This document shows positions 55,079 to 63,938 of a stretch of 64,000 nucleotides of DNA, in pieces. How positions within the stretch are numbered: the first letter of the stretch is position 1; every line of letters starts with the position of its first letter. A program made the position numbers and the translations under genes. The DNA is from Thermoanaerobaculia bacterium (GTDB lineage: Bacteria > Acidobacteriota > Thermoanaerobaculia > Gp7-AA8). The notes under the pieces were generated by a model. The model had not been told where the DNA came from. It saw only the letters and a list, made by a program, of their open reading frames with translations, and did not search any database. Location of the stretch: contig JADGNZ010000012.1 of assembly GCA_017883205.1 (NCBI GenBank), positions 8,151 through 72,150 of the forward strand. The letters run 5' to 3'.

Positions 55079-56682
55079 AGCGCGTCGTATCTTGCCCATG
55101 CTCTTTGGGTGGCTTCGTGGTCCGGGCGAATCTCGATCACCTCTCGTCCCGCGCGAGGTTCTTTGCTGTCCTTCGCCGCCGCACCCTTCGCGCTTCTGCC
55201 GCCGGGCAGAAATCCCGCGTCGCGCACTGGCCGGGCATCGAGCGCCTTCGAGACCGCGAGACCGCGAGAACCCGCGAGTTCGCTCGCGTTCGCAACCACC
55301 GAGTACTCCATCCCCCACATCGCGGCCCAATGTTCGAAGCGGAGGTCGTGACTGTTTTCGATGATGCGCTCGCGAGTGGATTCGTCGAGCTTCTTCAGCG
55401 AGGCGACGCGGCTGAAGATGCGGCCTCCCCCGTTGTTGATGATGACGATCTCGAAGTCGATGGCGGAGTCGAGTTGGGGGACGATCCAGGGGGCGTTGCT
55501 GTCGTAGATGGCGGTGAGGTCGCCGATGACGCAGACGTTCGGGCGCGACGGATCGCACTGGCCGAAGAAGGTGGAGAGCTGGCCGTCGATACCGTTGGCG
55601 CCGCGGTTCGCTTCGATGATAAAGCCGCGCCGGCCGCGCGTGGCGGCGAGATCCCATTCGCGGACGGGAAGGGAGTTGCCGAGGTAGACGCGGGAGTTTT
55701 CGGGGATGGTGCACGAGAGCTCGCGGAGGAGCGCAAGCTCCGATTGCGGCTCAGCATCAAGAACTCGTGCGATCGCAGCGGCCTGCTGGCGGTCGGCGGC
55801 GAAGAATTCTTCATTGCGTTTGCACGGCGTCACATCGAGGGGCAGTGCTTCGATCGGATGCACTTCTCCTCGGCTGCATCCGGTGAACGGCAGTGCGCTG
55901 AAACTCACCAGCGACAGGTCGCGGCGTGATTCGTCGAGATCGCGCCAGAAGCGTGCGGTCGGCACGTTGCCGATGCGGATGACGCCATCGAAATCGCCGC
56001 GTCCGATCATCCGCTCGCCGGCGGTGATGATGAGGTGTGCAAGCGCCGGATCTTCGCGCAGGCCGGAGAGCGGCTCGGCGTAGATCGGGGCGTTGAGAGC
56101 GAGCGCGAAGTTGCGGACGCGGTCGCGGTGCGCAGGCGCCAGACCGCCGAGTAGCACTAGCGGGTGAGTGAATGCTGGAGTTGGGAGCGGTGGCGCCGCA
56201 GTCGCAACGGGCGGGGGACGGCGGGCGGGACGCCCGCGCTCCCAGGAGACCTCATCATCAATCAACGGCTCATCGAACTCAATGTTGATGTGTTGCACCG
56301 ATCCGCGCGCGTACACGCCGAAAATCTCTTCCTGCTCGATGGCTTGTGGGGCGCCGGTGCCGCGGTATCGCGCGGGGCGGTCGGCGGTGATGAAGATGAG
56401 CGGGATGGCGGAATAGTGCGCTTCGATCGCGGCGGGGAGGAGCTCGGCGACTGCGGTACCCGAGGTGGTGATGACGACGGCGGGGCGGCCGGTGAGTTTG
56501 GCGCGGCCGAGAGCGAAGAAGGCGGCGGAGCGCTCGTCGACGAAGGAAAAGACTCGAAGATCACTTGCCCCGAGAACTGCCAGCAACGGTGCATTCCTCG
56601 ATCCCGCACATACGCAGAAATCGGTTGCGCCGCGGGCTACCGCTTCTTCGATCACGCGCCGTGCTTCGGCGATGTTGGTCAT
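55072..56682 (-). CDS. menD: 2-succinyl-5-enolpyruvyl-6-hydroxy-3-cyclohexene-1-carboxylate synthase (TPP-dependent)
   Basis: ATG at 56682 (MTNIAEARRV). TPP-binding GDLTAIYDSN...NNGGGRIF. The track ORF is extended to 56937. Confidence 0.75.
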   Translation of the reverse strand: MTNIAEARRVIEEAVARGATDFCVCAGSRNAPLLAVLGASDLRVFSFVDERSAAFFALGRAKLTGRPAVVITTSGTAVAELLPAAIEAHYSAIPLIFITADRPARYRGTGAPQAIEQEEIFGVYARGSVQHINIEFDEPLIDDEVSWERGRPARRPPPVATAAPPLPTPAFTHPLVLLGGLAPAHRDRVRNFALALNAPIYAEPLSGLREDPALAHLIITAGERMIGRGDFDGVIRIGNVPTARFWRDLDESRRDLSLVSFSALPFTGCSRGEVHPIEALPLDVTPCKRNEEFFAADRQQAAAIARVLDAEPQSELALLRELSCTIPENSRVYLGNSLPVREWDLAATRGRRGFIIEANRGANGIDGQLSTFFGQCDPSRPNVCVIGDLTAIYDSNAPWIVPQLDSAIDFEIVIINNGGGRIFSRVASLKKLDESTRERIIENSHDLRFEHWAAMWGMEYSVVANASELAGSRGLAVSKALDARPVRDAGFLPGGRSAKGAAAKDSKEPRAGREVIEIRPDHEATQRAWARYDALW

Positions 56683-57728
56683 GCGAATGCTTCGGCGTGC
56701 GCGGTGACGCCGAAGAGTGCTTTCACCTGCTCGCGCTTTTCGCGCAGTTCTTCGAGCTCGCGCTCGACGCGGCTCTCGGCGATGAGGCCTGCGCCCGATC
56801 CGACGCGCACGCGCTCGCCGTCCCACTGCAGATTGCGGATGGCCACGAGCGCCAGCGCGGAGTGGTCTTCGCGCTCCAGGCCGAACGGCGCGCCGAACGT
56901 TCTGCGCTTCACGCCGTGGTCGGCTTCGCGCAGCCATCGCTCCCCTGCTTCGTTGCGCGGCGACACGCCGAGGGCGGCGGTGGGGTGAAGGCGGCGGATC
57001 ATTTCGGCGAAGGACATCCGCTCGGAGCCGCCGCTCTCGCTGAAGAAAATCGGCGTGATGAGATGCGCGATCTTCGGCATGCGCAGCGTGCCCAGCGGAC
57101 CGACTTCGATGTTTCCGAACGGAGAAAGGCGGCGGACGATATCGTCGACGACGAAGCGGTGCTCGCGCAGTTCTTTCGGATCGTTCAGGAGCTCCGCGGC
57201 CTGCGCGACCGGACGCGTGCCGGCCAGCGCCATCGTTCGGTAGCCGCGCGCGAATCCTTCGAAGAGCAGCTCGGGGGTGGCGCCGGCCAAGCCGTGCGTG
57301 CCGTACGAGTAGCCGTACGCGCGCAGGCCGTGAGGCAACTCGCCGAGACGCGTGAAGAACCAGTGCCAGTAGTCGCCGCGCTCGGCGAAGCGGCCGGACT
57401 CGAAGATGACGGGAACGATCTTCTGGAAATCGCCGCGGGCCATGGCCGCGCGCGCGGATTCGAAGAGCGCTCGGAAGTCATCGAGCGGCGGCGGATCCCA
57501 TACGACGCGCGGCGCGTCACGATCCTCGAAACGTGATGCGAGATCGTCGAAGGTCGTCTCTTCCCACGTCGCCGGATGCCGCCACGGATGCGGATCGTCG
57601 AGAAAAAAATCGGCGATGAAGAACGCGGGCCGGCCGGGCCGCCGGAACGGCAACTGTTCGAACGGCCCCCATCCGATGAAGACCCGCCCCGGCGCGGTCT
57701 GGATGAAGGCGAAGTCGCGCTGCGTCAT
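56679..57728 (-). CDS. menF: isochorismate synthase
   Basis: Chorismate-binding C-terminal motifs LHPTAALGVSP...GAPFGL...VAIR...GSGAGLIAESRVERE. ATG at 57728. Confidence 0.75.
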   Translation of the reverse strand: MTQRDFAFIQTAPGRVFIGWGPFEQLPFRRPGRPAFFIADFFLDDPHPWRHPATWEETTFDDLASRFEDRDAPRVVWDPPPLDDFRALFESARAAMARGDFQKIVPVIFESGRFAERGDYWHWFFTRLGELPHGLRAYGYSYGTHGLAGATPELLFEGFARGYRTMALAGTRPVAQAAELLNDPKELREHRFVVDDIVRRLSPFGNIEVGPLGTLRMPKIAHLITPIFFSESGGSERMSFAEMIRRLHPTAALGVSPRNEAGERWLREADHGVKRRTFGAPFGLEREDHSALALVAIRNLQWDGERVRVGSGAGLIAESRVERELEELREKREQVKALFGVTAHAEAFA

Positions 57729-57804
57729 GCGGGTGGAATTGTAGTGCGATCCGCTCACGCGAAGACGCGAAGTGACTCCAACCCGAGCGCGACACCTGAA
57801 CGCG

Positions 57805-58110
57805 CTATTGCTCCATCTGCGTTCTATCCGCGTCATCTGCGGATAAAGACTCACTCTCGCGCGCCTTCACCAGCCCCACCGACATCACGAGCAACAGCGT
57901 CACGCCGTTGGCGACCATGACGACGACGTCGTGGCGGAGCACGCCGTACATCGTCCAGAGGAAGACGCCCATCATGAAGAGGGCCAGGTATCCCCACGAG
58001 AAATCGCGCGCGCTGCGCGTGGTCCACGTACGTCCGACCTGCGGGAGCCAGGCGATGGTCGTTCCGAATGCTGCACCAAAGCCGACAGCGAGAATGAGTA
58101 AGTTGTTCAT
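57805..58110 (-). CDS. SemiSWEET / PQ-loop family small sugar transporter
   Basis: 101 aa, three TM helices, PQ motif TIAWLPQV. Confidence 0.6.
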   Translation of the reverse strand: MNNLLILAVGFGAAFGTTIAWLPQVGRTWTTRSARDFSWGYLALFMMGVFLWTMYGVLRHDVVVMVANGVTLLLVMSVGLVKARESESLSADDADRTQMEQ

Positions 58111-58164
58111 CAGCGTTACGCTGACGCAGGCGCGCCGCCAGCCGCATGATGGACGTCACATCGA

Positions 58165-58322
58165 TGCGTGATGCGGGTGTGGGGAGTCGGGAGTCGGGGG
58201 TGGGGTCGGGAGTCAGAACCACAAAGCTACGACTCCCGACCCCCGACACTACTACGACTCCCGACACTACTACGACTCCCGACGACACGACTCCCGACCC
58301 CCGACACCACTACGAATCGCGC
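58165..58322. repeat. family B palindromic element
   Basis: gtggggagtcgggagtcgggggtggggtcgggagtc ... cgactcccgacccccgacactactacgactcccgacactactacgactcccgac. Confidence 0.75.
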
Positions 58323-58323
58323 G

Positions 58324-58521
58324 CTATCCGTTCGCAACCTTCAGGACCGCGCTCTTGATGTCGTCGACTTTGTCGATCACCTTATCGGTGACGTCGGCGA
58401 CCCTTTTCTGCATCTTCTGGCCCGTCATCGGTGCATAGAGCAGCGCTGCGGCGGCTCCAGCGACGGCTCCGACTGCGAAGACCCACACGAGACTTGCGAA
58501 TGACTTATTGCGTGTGAACAT
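58324..58521 (-). CDS. YtxH-like small membrane-anchored protein
   Basis: An ATG at 58521 with a GGAG ribosome-binding site. 65 aa, with an N-terminal TM helix and a charged coiled tail. The track ORF start at 58752 is an extension through repeats. Confidence 0.5.
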   Translation of the reverse strand: MFTRNKSFASLVWVFAVGAVAGAAAALLYAPMTGQKMQKRVADVTDKVIDKVDDIKSAVLKVANG

Positions 58522-58599
58522 TGGTCGCTCCTTTCGTTCCACACAATAGGTTTCGCGCGGTTCAGCGGCGATGACCCCTGTCACCCACTCTGGTGCGCG

Positions 58600-58760
58600 G
58601 GAGTCGTTGTGTTGTTGGGCGTCGGGGGTCGTGGAGTTCTCGCTTTCGGGCTCCCGTGCGGGAGCCAGGCAATGGTCGATCCGAATGCTAGTCCACGGCC
58701 GACAGCCGCAAAATACGACCCCCGACCCCCGACACCACCCGACTCCCGTCAAATGTGTCG
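58600..58760. repeat. family B-like element containing a degenerate copy of the SemiSWEET N-terminal coding segment
   Basis: gtcgggggtcgtgg ... cgacccccgacccccgacaccacccgactccc. The segment 58655-58715 is about 85% identical to 58035-58092 inside the SemiSWEET gene. Confidence 0.6.
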
Positions 58761-58840
58761 CACATCACAGGGCGGCGTAGATACCGTCACGTTCTCTTGT
58801 TCACGCCGGTCCGATGATTCCTTTGACAAACGGAGACGAC

Positions 58841-60025
58841 ATGATCAGCGTGACGAAACTACTCGGTGGCTCCTCTTACTTTGGTGACCGGCTTCGCTAT
58901 CACGATCAATCAGCGCACCAGACCAGCGGCGCGCGCCCTGGCAGTGGACCGGTCGTGGTGTGGAACGCCACGAAAACGTGCAATCTCGAATGCGTTCACT
59001 GCTATGCGGATGCGGAGACCATCAAGTTCGCGAACGAGCTGACGACAGCCGAAGCGAAGGCGATGATCGAGGATCTGGCGGCACTCAATGTGCCTGCGCT
59101 TCTGATCTCCGGCGGCGAACCGCTCGTGCGCCCCGACATCTTCGAGCTCGCCGCATACGCGATGTCCCTCGGCGTTCGCGTGACGTTCTCGACGAACGGA
59201 ACGCTGATCACGAAAGAAAAGGCGAAGAAGATCGCCGACATCGGCGTGACCTACGTCGGCATCAGCGTCGACGGCGACGAAGAGCGTCACGACCGCATGC
59301 GTTGCCGCGAAGGCGCCTACAAAGATGCCCTGCGCGGCATTCGCAACTGCCGCGATGCCGGCATCCGCGTCGGCGTCCGCTTCACGGTGACGCAGGACAA
59401 CCTCGACGAAGTCGATAGCGTTTTCCGTCTCGTGGAGAACGAAGGCATCGGCCGGCTTTGCATCTACCACCTCGTCTATTCAGGCCGCGGCTCATATCTC
59501 GAAGGAATCGATCTCGAGGCCGAGCAGAAGCGCGTGTTGATGAACAAGCTCCTCGAACAGGTCGAACGATGGACCGCCGAGGGACGCGAGATTGAAGTGA
59601 TGACCGTCGACAATCATGCCGACGCCCCCTTCATCTATTACTGGCTGCTCGACCGCGATCCGGTTCGCGCGGACGAAGCGCTCTCGCTGATGCGCAACAA
59701 CGGCGGCAACCGCTCCGGCATCGCCATCGCCGCGATCGACAGCTTCGGGATCGTTCATCCGGATCAGTTCACCTCGACGCATGCGGTCGGATCGATCCGG
59801 GAACGGCCGTTCTCGCAAATCTGGAATGACTCGCGGATCCAGCTTCTGAACAATTTGCGCGACCGCAAGCCGTTGCTGCGCGGACGCTGCGCAACCTGTC
59901 AATGGCTGTCGTGTTGCAACGGCAACTTCCGCGCGCGCGCCGAGGCTGCTACGGGCGACTACTGGCAGTCCGATCCGGGGTGCTACCTGCTCGATTCAGA
60001 AGTCATCTCGGGGGCGCCGGAATGA
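58841..60025 (+). CDS. radical SAM/SPASM protein of the NirJ/AhbC/AhbD family
   Basis: CNLECVHC (CX3CX2C). C-terminal Cys cluster CATCQWLSCCNG...DPGCY. An ATG at 58841 with a GGAG ribosome-binding site. Confidence 0.75.
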   Translation: MISVTKLLGGSSYFGDRLRYHDQSAHQTSGARPGSGPVVVWNATKTCNLECVHCYADAETIKFANELTTAEAKAMIEDLAALNVPALLISGGEPLVRPDIFELAAYAMSLGVRVTFSTNGTLITKEKAKKIADIGVTYVGISVDGDEERHDRMRCREGAYKDALRGIRNCRDAGIRVGVRFTVTQDNLDEVDSVFRLVENEGIGRLCIYHLVYSGRGSYLEGIDLEAEQKRVLMNKLLEQVERWTAEGREIEVMTVDNHADAPFIYYWLLDRDPVRADEALSLMRNNGGNRSGIAIAAIDSFGIVHPDQFTSTHAVGSIRERPFSQIWNDSRIQLLNNLRDRKPLLRGRCATCQWLSCCNGNFRARAEAATGDYWQSDPGCYLLDSEVISGAPE

Positions 60026-61182
60026 TCGGGCTTGAAGCCGAGGTGACAACGCCGGACGTTACATCGTTCGCTGACGACGGGCCGGCCGACCCATCCATTC
60101 GCGCCAGCGATCCGATCAATCGCCGCATCCTGGAAGTGTCGGAAGATCGCGTTCGCGGATTCGTGAGCGATCCGTTCGGCACGATCGCCGAGTTGTCAGG
60201 CGTGCCGCTCCCTATCGTCACGCAACGAATTCGGGCGATGCTGGAAGCGGGAACGATTCGCCGCGTACGGCAGACGCTGCTGGCGACGAACCTCGCACAA
60301 GGCGCGCTCGTGGCCTGGAAGATCGATGAAGAGCTGCTCGACGCTGCCTTCGCATTCATCGCCAAACGCGATCCCTTCTCCGGCCACGTCGTCATCCGCA
60401 ACGGCGAGAATGGCCCAACGGAGTGGCGCCTCTGGACGACGATCAAAGTTCCTTCGGAGTTTTCGCTGGAGGGACACTGCGAGTATCTTCGCCGCAGGAT
60501 CGGCGCCCACAAGTTTCGCATCATGCCCACGCTTCGCGCTTTCGTACTAGGCGTCGGCCACATGCGCCGCAAAGGGATGGCCATCGGCGCGATGTCGCCG
60601 CTTCCCGCAGCAGCAACGCAGCCTGCGGTCGTCGAGCTTTCCGAGCCTGAATGGCACGTCCTCTCGGCGCTCAAAGCCGATCTGGCACCGGCGGAGATCG
60701 GGCCGGGATTGTGGTCACGGCGCGCACTGGCAGCGGGGATTCATCCCGCTACGTTCCTCGAGATCGCCAGCGCTCTCGACCGCCGCGGCGTGATCGGACG
60801 CTTCTCCACATTCCTCGAGCACACCAAACCGGTAGCCGGAGCCGAGCGCGTCTCGAGCTTCAACGGTCTCTTTCACTGGGCCGTGCCGGCGGGGCGCGAG
60901 ATCGAAGCGGGATGCGAGATCGGCCGCTTCGAGATCCTGACGCACTGCTACTGGCGCGATGCCGGGCCGGAATTGAACAACGTCAACATCATGGCCGTCG
61001 CGCACGGCGAAAAAAAAGAAAGCGTGATGGCGCACAAGAGCGCGATCGACGCGCACCTCAACGCCATCGGCATCGGCTTCACCCACACGAACGTGTACTG
61101 GGGAGGCCGCGCCGAGATCAAGCCGTCGGAGATTCTGCCCGAGGCGTACCGCGATTGGGCACGGAGCACGGGACTTCTATGA
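60022..61182 (+). CDS. fused tandem Lrp/AsnC-like siroheme decarboxylase (AhbA-AhbB / NirD-L type)
   Basis: Two tandem HTH plus RAM-like halves (INRRILEVSEDRVRGF...SGHVVIRNG; LSEPEWHVLSALKADL...). ATGA overlaps at both ends, so it is translationally coupled to both radical SAM genes. Confidence 0.6.
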   Translation: MIGLEAEVTTPDVTSFADDGPADPSIRASDPINRRILEVSEDRVRGFVSDPFGTIAELSGVPLPIVTQRIRAMLEAGTIRRVRQTLLATNLAQGALVAWKIDEELLDAAFAFIAKRDPFSGHVVIRNGENGPTEWRLWTTIKVPSEFSLEGHCEYLRRRIGAHKFRIMPTLRAFVLGVGHMRRKGMAIGAMSPLPAAATQPAVVELSEPEWHVLSALKADLAPAEIGPGLWSRRALAAGIHPATFLEIASALDRRGVIGRFSTFLEHTKPVAGAERVSSFNGLFHWAVPAGREIEAGCEIGRFEILTHCYWRDAGPELNNVNIMAVAHGEKKESVMAHKSAIDAHLNAIGIGFTHTNVYWGGRAEIKPSEILPEAYRDWARSTGLL

Positions 61183-62330
61183 ACGATACAGTCGATTTCA
61201 ACGTCAGTCCGTTTGTGGTCATCTGGGAAAACACGCGCGCCTGCGATCTCGCATGCGTGCACTGCCGCGCTGCCGCGCAACCGAAACGGAGCCAGTTCGA
61301 GCTCACGACCGAACAAGGCTTCGCGCTCATCGATGAAGTGGCGGTGATGAAGCCGCGCGTCTTTGTCATCACCGGCGGCGATCCGCTCAAGCGCGAAGAC
61401 ACGTACGACATGATCCGCTACGCGAAGGACCGCGGGCTCGAGCCGGCGCTGACACCGAGCGCAACGCCGCTGCTCACCGAGGCGGCGGTCTCGCGGATGA
61501 AGAAACACGGCCTGTCGCGCCTCGCGGTCAGTCTCGACGCCTCGCGCGCCGATATGCACGACGCCTTCCGCCGCGTCGATGGCTCGTTCGACATCACGAT
61601 CCGCGCGATCGAGGCTGCGGCAAAAGAAGGGATTCCAGTCCAGATCAACACCACAGTCACGCGGCGCACGATCGACGATCTGCCCAACATGGTCAGGCTG
61701 CTCACCGACCTCGGCATCGCCATGTGGAGCGTCTTCTTTCTCGTTCCGACCGGACGCGGCAAGCGGGGCGACCTCGTCACCGCGGAGACGGTCGAGCATC
61801 TCTTCAGCTTTCTCTACGAGACGGCGAAACGCGCTCCGTTCGCCATCCGCACGACGGAAGCGATGCACTACCGCCGCTATATGCTTCAGCGGATGGCGCT
61901 GGAAAACGGCCGCCGCATCGACGATCTGCGCGACCACGAGACCGGCCTGATCGACGCCTCCACCCTCTTCCTCGGCCACGGCAGCCGCCCCATGCCCCTC
62001 GGCGTCAAAGCACAACACGCCGCCACCTCGCGCGCACCCCGCGGCGTGAACGAAGGCAAAGGCTTCGTCTTCATCTCCCACATCGGCGACGTCTTCCCCA
62101 GCGGCTTCCTGCCCTTGAAAGCCGGCAACGTGAAGACCGAGTCGCTCAGCGAGATCTACCGCACCAGCGACCTCTTCGTCTCCCTCCGCAACACCAGCAA
62201 CCTCAAAGGCAAATGCGGCCGCTGCGAGTTCCGGGATCTATGCGGCGGGTCACGGGCGAGGGCCTGGTCAATGACGGGAGACGTGTTCCAAGAAGATCCG
62301 TTGTGCGGGTATCAGCCGAAGGTGGCGTAG
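61179..62330 (+). CDS. radical SAM protein of the NirJ/AhbC/AhbD family (second paralog)
   Basis: CDLACVHC, with C-terminal CGRCEFRDLCGG...PLCGY. The track ORF 60651..62330 is extended upstream. Confidence 0.75.
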   Translation: MNDTVDFNVSPFVVIWENTRACDLACVHCRAAAQPKRSQFELTTEQGFALIDEVAVMKPRVFVITGGDPLKREDTYDMIRYAKDRGLEPALTPSATPLLTEAAVSRMKKHGLSRLAVSLDASRADMHDAFRRVDGSFDITIRAIEAAAKEGIPVQINTTVTRRTIDDLPNMVRLLTDLGIAMWSVFFLVPTGRGKRGDLVTAETVEHLFSFLYETAKRAPFAIRTTEAMHYRRYMLQRMALENGRRIDDLRDHETGLIDASTLFLGHGSRPMPLGVKAQHAATSRAPRGVNEGKGFVFISHIGDVFPSGFLPLKAGNVKTESLSEIYRTSDLFVSLRNTSNLKGKCGRCEFRDLCGGSRARAWSMTGDVFQEDPLCGYQPKVA

Positions 62331-62414
62331 GAGGGGGGCCCGTCGTCAGCATCGCGCGTACCCACCGCCGGGCGAGACGCCCGCCGGCCGCAGGCGAGAC
62401 GCCTGCACTCCCTG

Positions 62415-62654
62415 ATGTACTCTCCGCAGGATGAGGGGCGAAGGCTGATGTTGGATCTGATCTATTTGCTTTCGATCGTCGCTGCCGCGGTCGCGCTGTA
62501 CTACAAGTTCAGCTACAGGCGCGGAGTGCGACGTCTTGTTGCTCAGATCGAGCAACAGCTATCGGCCGAAAAAGAGAAGGCAGCCTCGGGTGACACTGAG
62601 TCGAAAGCCGCCGACCAGTCATTGACCACAGAGGCGCAGGGGTCGCAGAGTTGA
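62415..62654 (+). CDS. small hypothetical membrane protein
   Basis: One TM helix (LMLDLIYLLSIVAAAVALYY). Weak support. Confidence 0.3.
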   Translation: MYSPQDEGRRLMLDLIYLLSIVAAAVALYYKFSYRRGVRRLVAQIEQQLSAEKEKAASGDTESKAADQSLTTEAQGSQS

Positions 62655-62745
62655 GCGATACCTCTGTGCTCTCAGTGTCTCTGTGGTTAAGGGTTTGGTA
62701 CTGGCCCTTGAGCGCTACCGCCTGCGGCGTTACGATGCCATCGCG

Positions 62746-63213
62746 ATGACCAAAGCCGCTGCCTGCCCGATCTCCTACGAAACTGTCGATCACAACGCCA
62801 GCCGCGTGACGTGCATCCTCACGATCGTTGCCCTGGCTGCGATCTCCGCGATGGCGGTGCTGTGGCCGGGTCTCGGAACGATTGCGTTGATCCTCGCCGC
62901 CGCGCTGACGCTGGACTACGCGATCCGTGCCTGGACCAGATACCCGAGCCCGATGCAAAGCCTCGCACGCGGGTTCGCGCGGGCGTTCGGCATCCCCGAG
63001 AAACGGAGCGACGCCGCGCCCAAGCGTTTCGCTTGCCGCATCGGCTTCTTCTTCGCCCTCGGCACCGTGGCGCTTTTACCCGTGGCCCCCAGGATCGCGG
63101 TCATGGTGGCGGGCGCTCTCCTGTTTTTCAACGTACTCGACGGCGTATTCGACTTCTGCGTCGGCTGCTGGATGTACTCGACGTTCCTGCTGCCGCGGGG
63201 TACGGACGCCTAA
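62746..63213 (+). CDS. DUF4395 family membrane protein
   Basis: ATG at 62746 (MTKAAACPISYE). Hydrophobic helices and a C-terminal FDFCVGCWMY motif. Confidence 0.55.
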   Translation: MTKAAACPISYETVDHNASRVTCILTIVALAAISAMAVLWPGLGTIALILAAALTLDYAIRAWTRYPSPMQSLARGFARAFGIPEKRSDAAPKRFACRIGFFFALGTVALLPVAPRIAVMVAGALLFFNVLDGVFDFCVGCWMYSTFLLPRGTDA

Positions 63214-63317
63214 GTCGGCGCTGGTGTTTCTCCGCGTTCTCCGCGCCTCCGCGTGAAACTCAGACCTTTTGTTCACGCGGAGGCGCGGAGAAGCGGAGAG
63301 AACCATCACAAACGAAG

Positions 63318-63938
63318 TCAGGCACCGCCGGTTTCGGAACCTGGCAGATCGAGCGACACACCTGAATCGCGGCCGACGCCAAGCGCATCCGCGACGCGAT
63401 TGATGTAGTTGAACCACGATGCGATCAACGTGATCTGCAGGATTCCGACGTCGTCGAACCCCACTGCACGCAGCCGCTCGTGGTCTTCGCGCTGGATGCT
63501 TGTGGCATCCCGCGTGAGCTGCGATACGTACGCCAGCATGACGTGATCCTGCTCCGAGACAGGAGCGCTGGCGTGATCGCGGCGGATCGCCTCCGCCAAC
63601 GCCTCGTCCAGGGTCACCCGACGCAGAAACTCTGCGTGCGAGACGATTCAGTAGTGACAGCGATTGGTTGCCGACACCACCGTGGCAATCATCTCGTGCT
63701 GCCGGCGCTCCAGAGGCAGGTTCGGCGCCATGAGCGCGCCAAACGTGGCGAACGCGTGGAACAGTGCATCGGGCAGGAGACTATGCGCGTCCACGATGCC
63801 CTGGCCCGGCAACTGCCCGGGGAATCCCGGCGTGGCGTACTCCGCAGGATAGAGAGCCCGCTGCCCCTCGATCGCCTTGCGCAACGTGTCATCCGCCTCA
63901 GGAAAACCGATCGTCCGGATCCATGTCATGGCGTTCAC
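63318..63938 (-). CDS. AhpD/carboxymuconolactone-decarboxylase-family peroxidase-related protein with an in-frame TGA at the second active-site Cys position; candidate selenoprotein (or pseudogene)
   Basis: Two track ORFs (63648..63938 and 63318..63617) are in the same frame, separated by a single TGA at 63645-63647. The translation reads [13 protein letters not shown]...[10 protein letters not shown]-[TGA][11 protein letters not shown]..., which matches the CxxCxxxH active site of AhpD-like proteins with the second Cys codon replaced. Confidence 0.55.

Noticed and set aside
62331-62414. Two copies of GGCGAGACGCC spaced 14 bp apart downstream of the radical SAM operon, considered as a regulator-binding site.
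   Set aside because: Only two short copies in a GC-rich background. This is insufficient to distinguish from chance.
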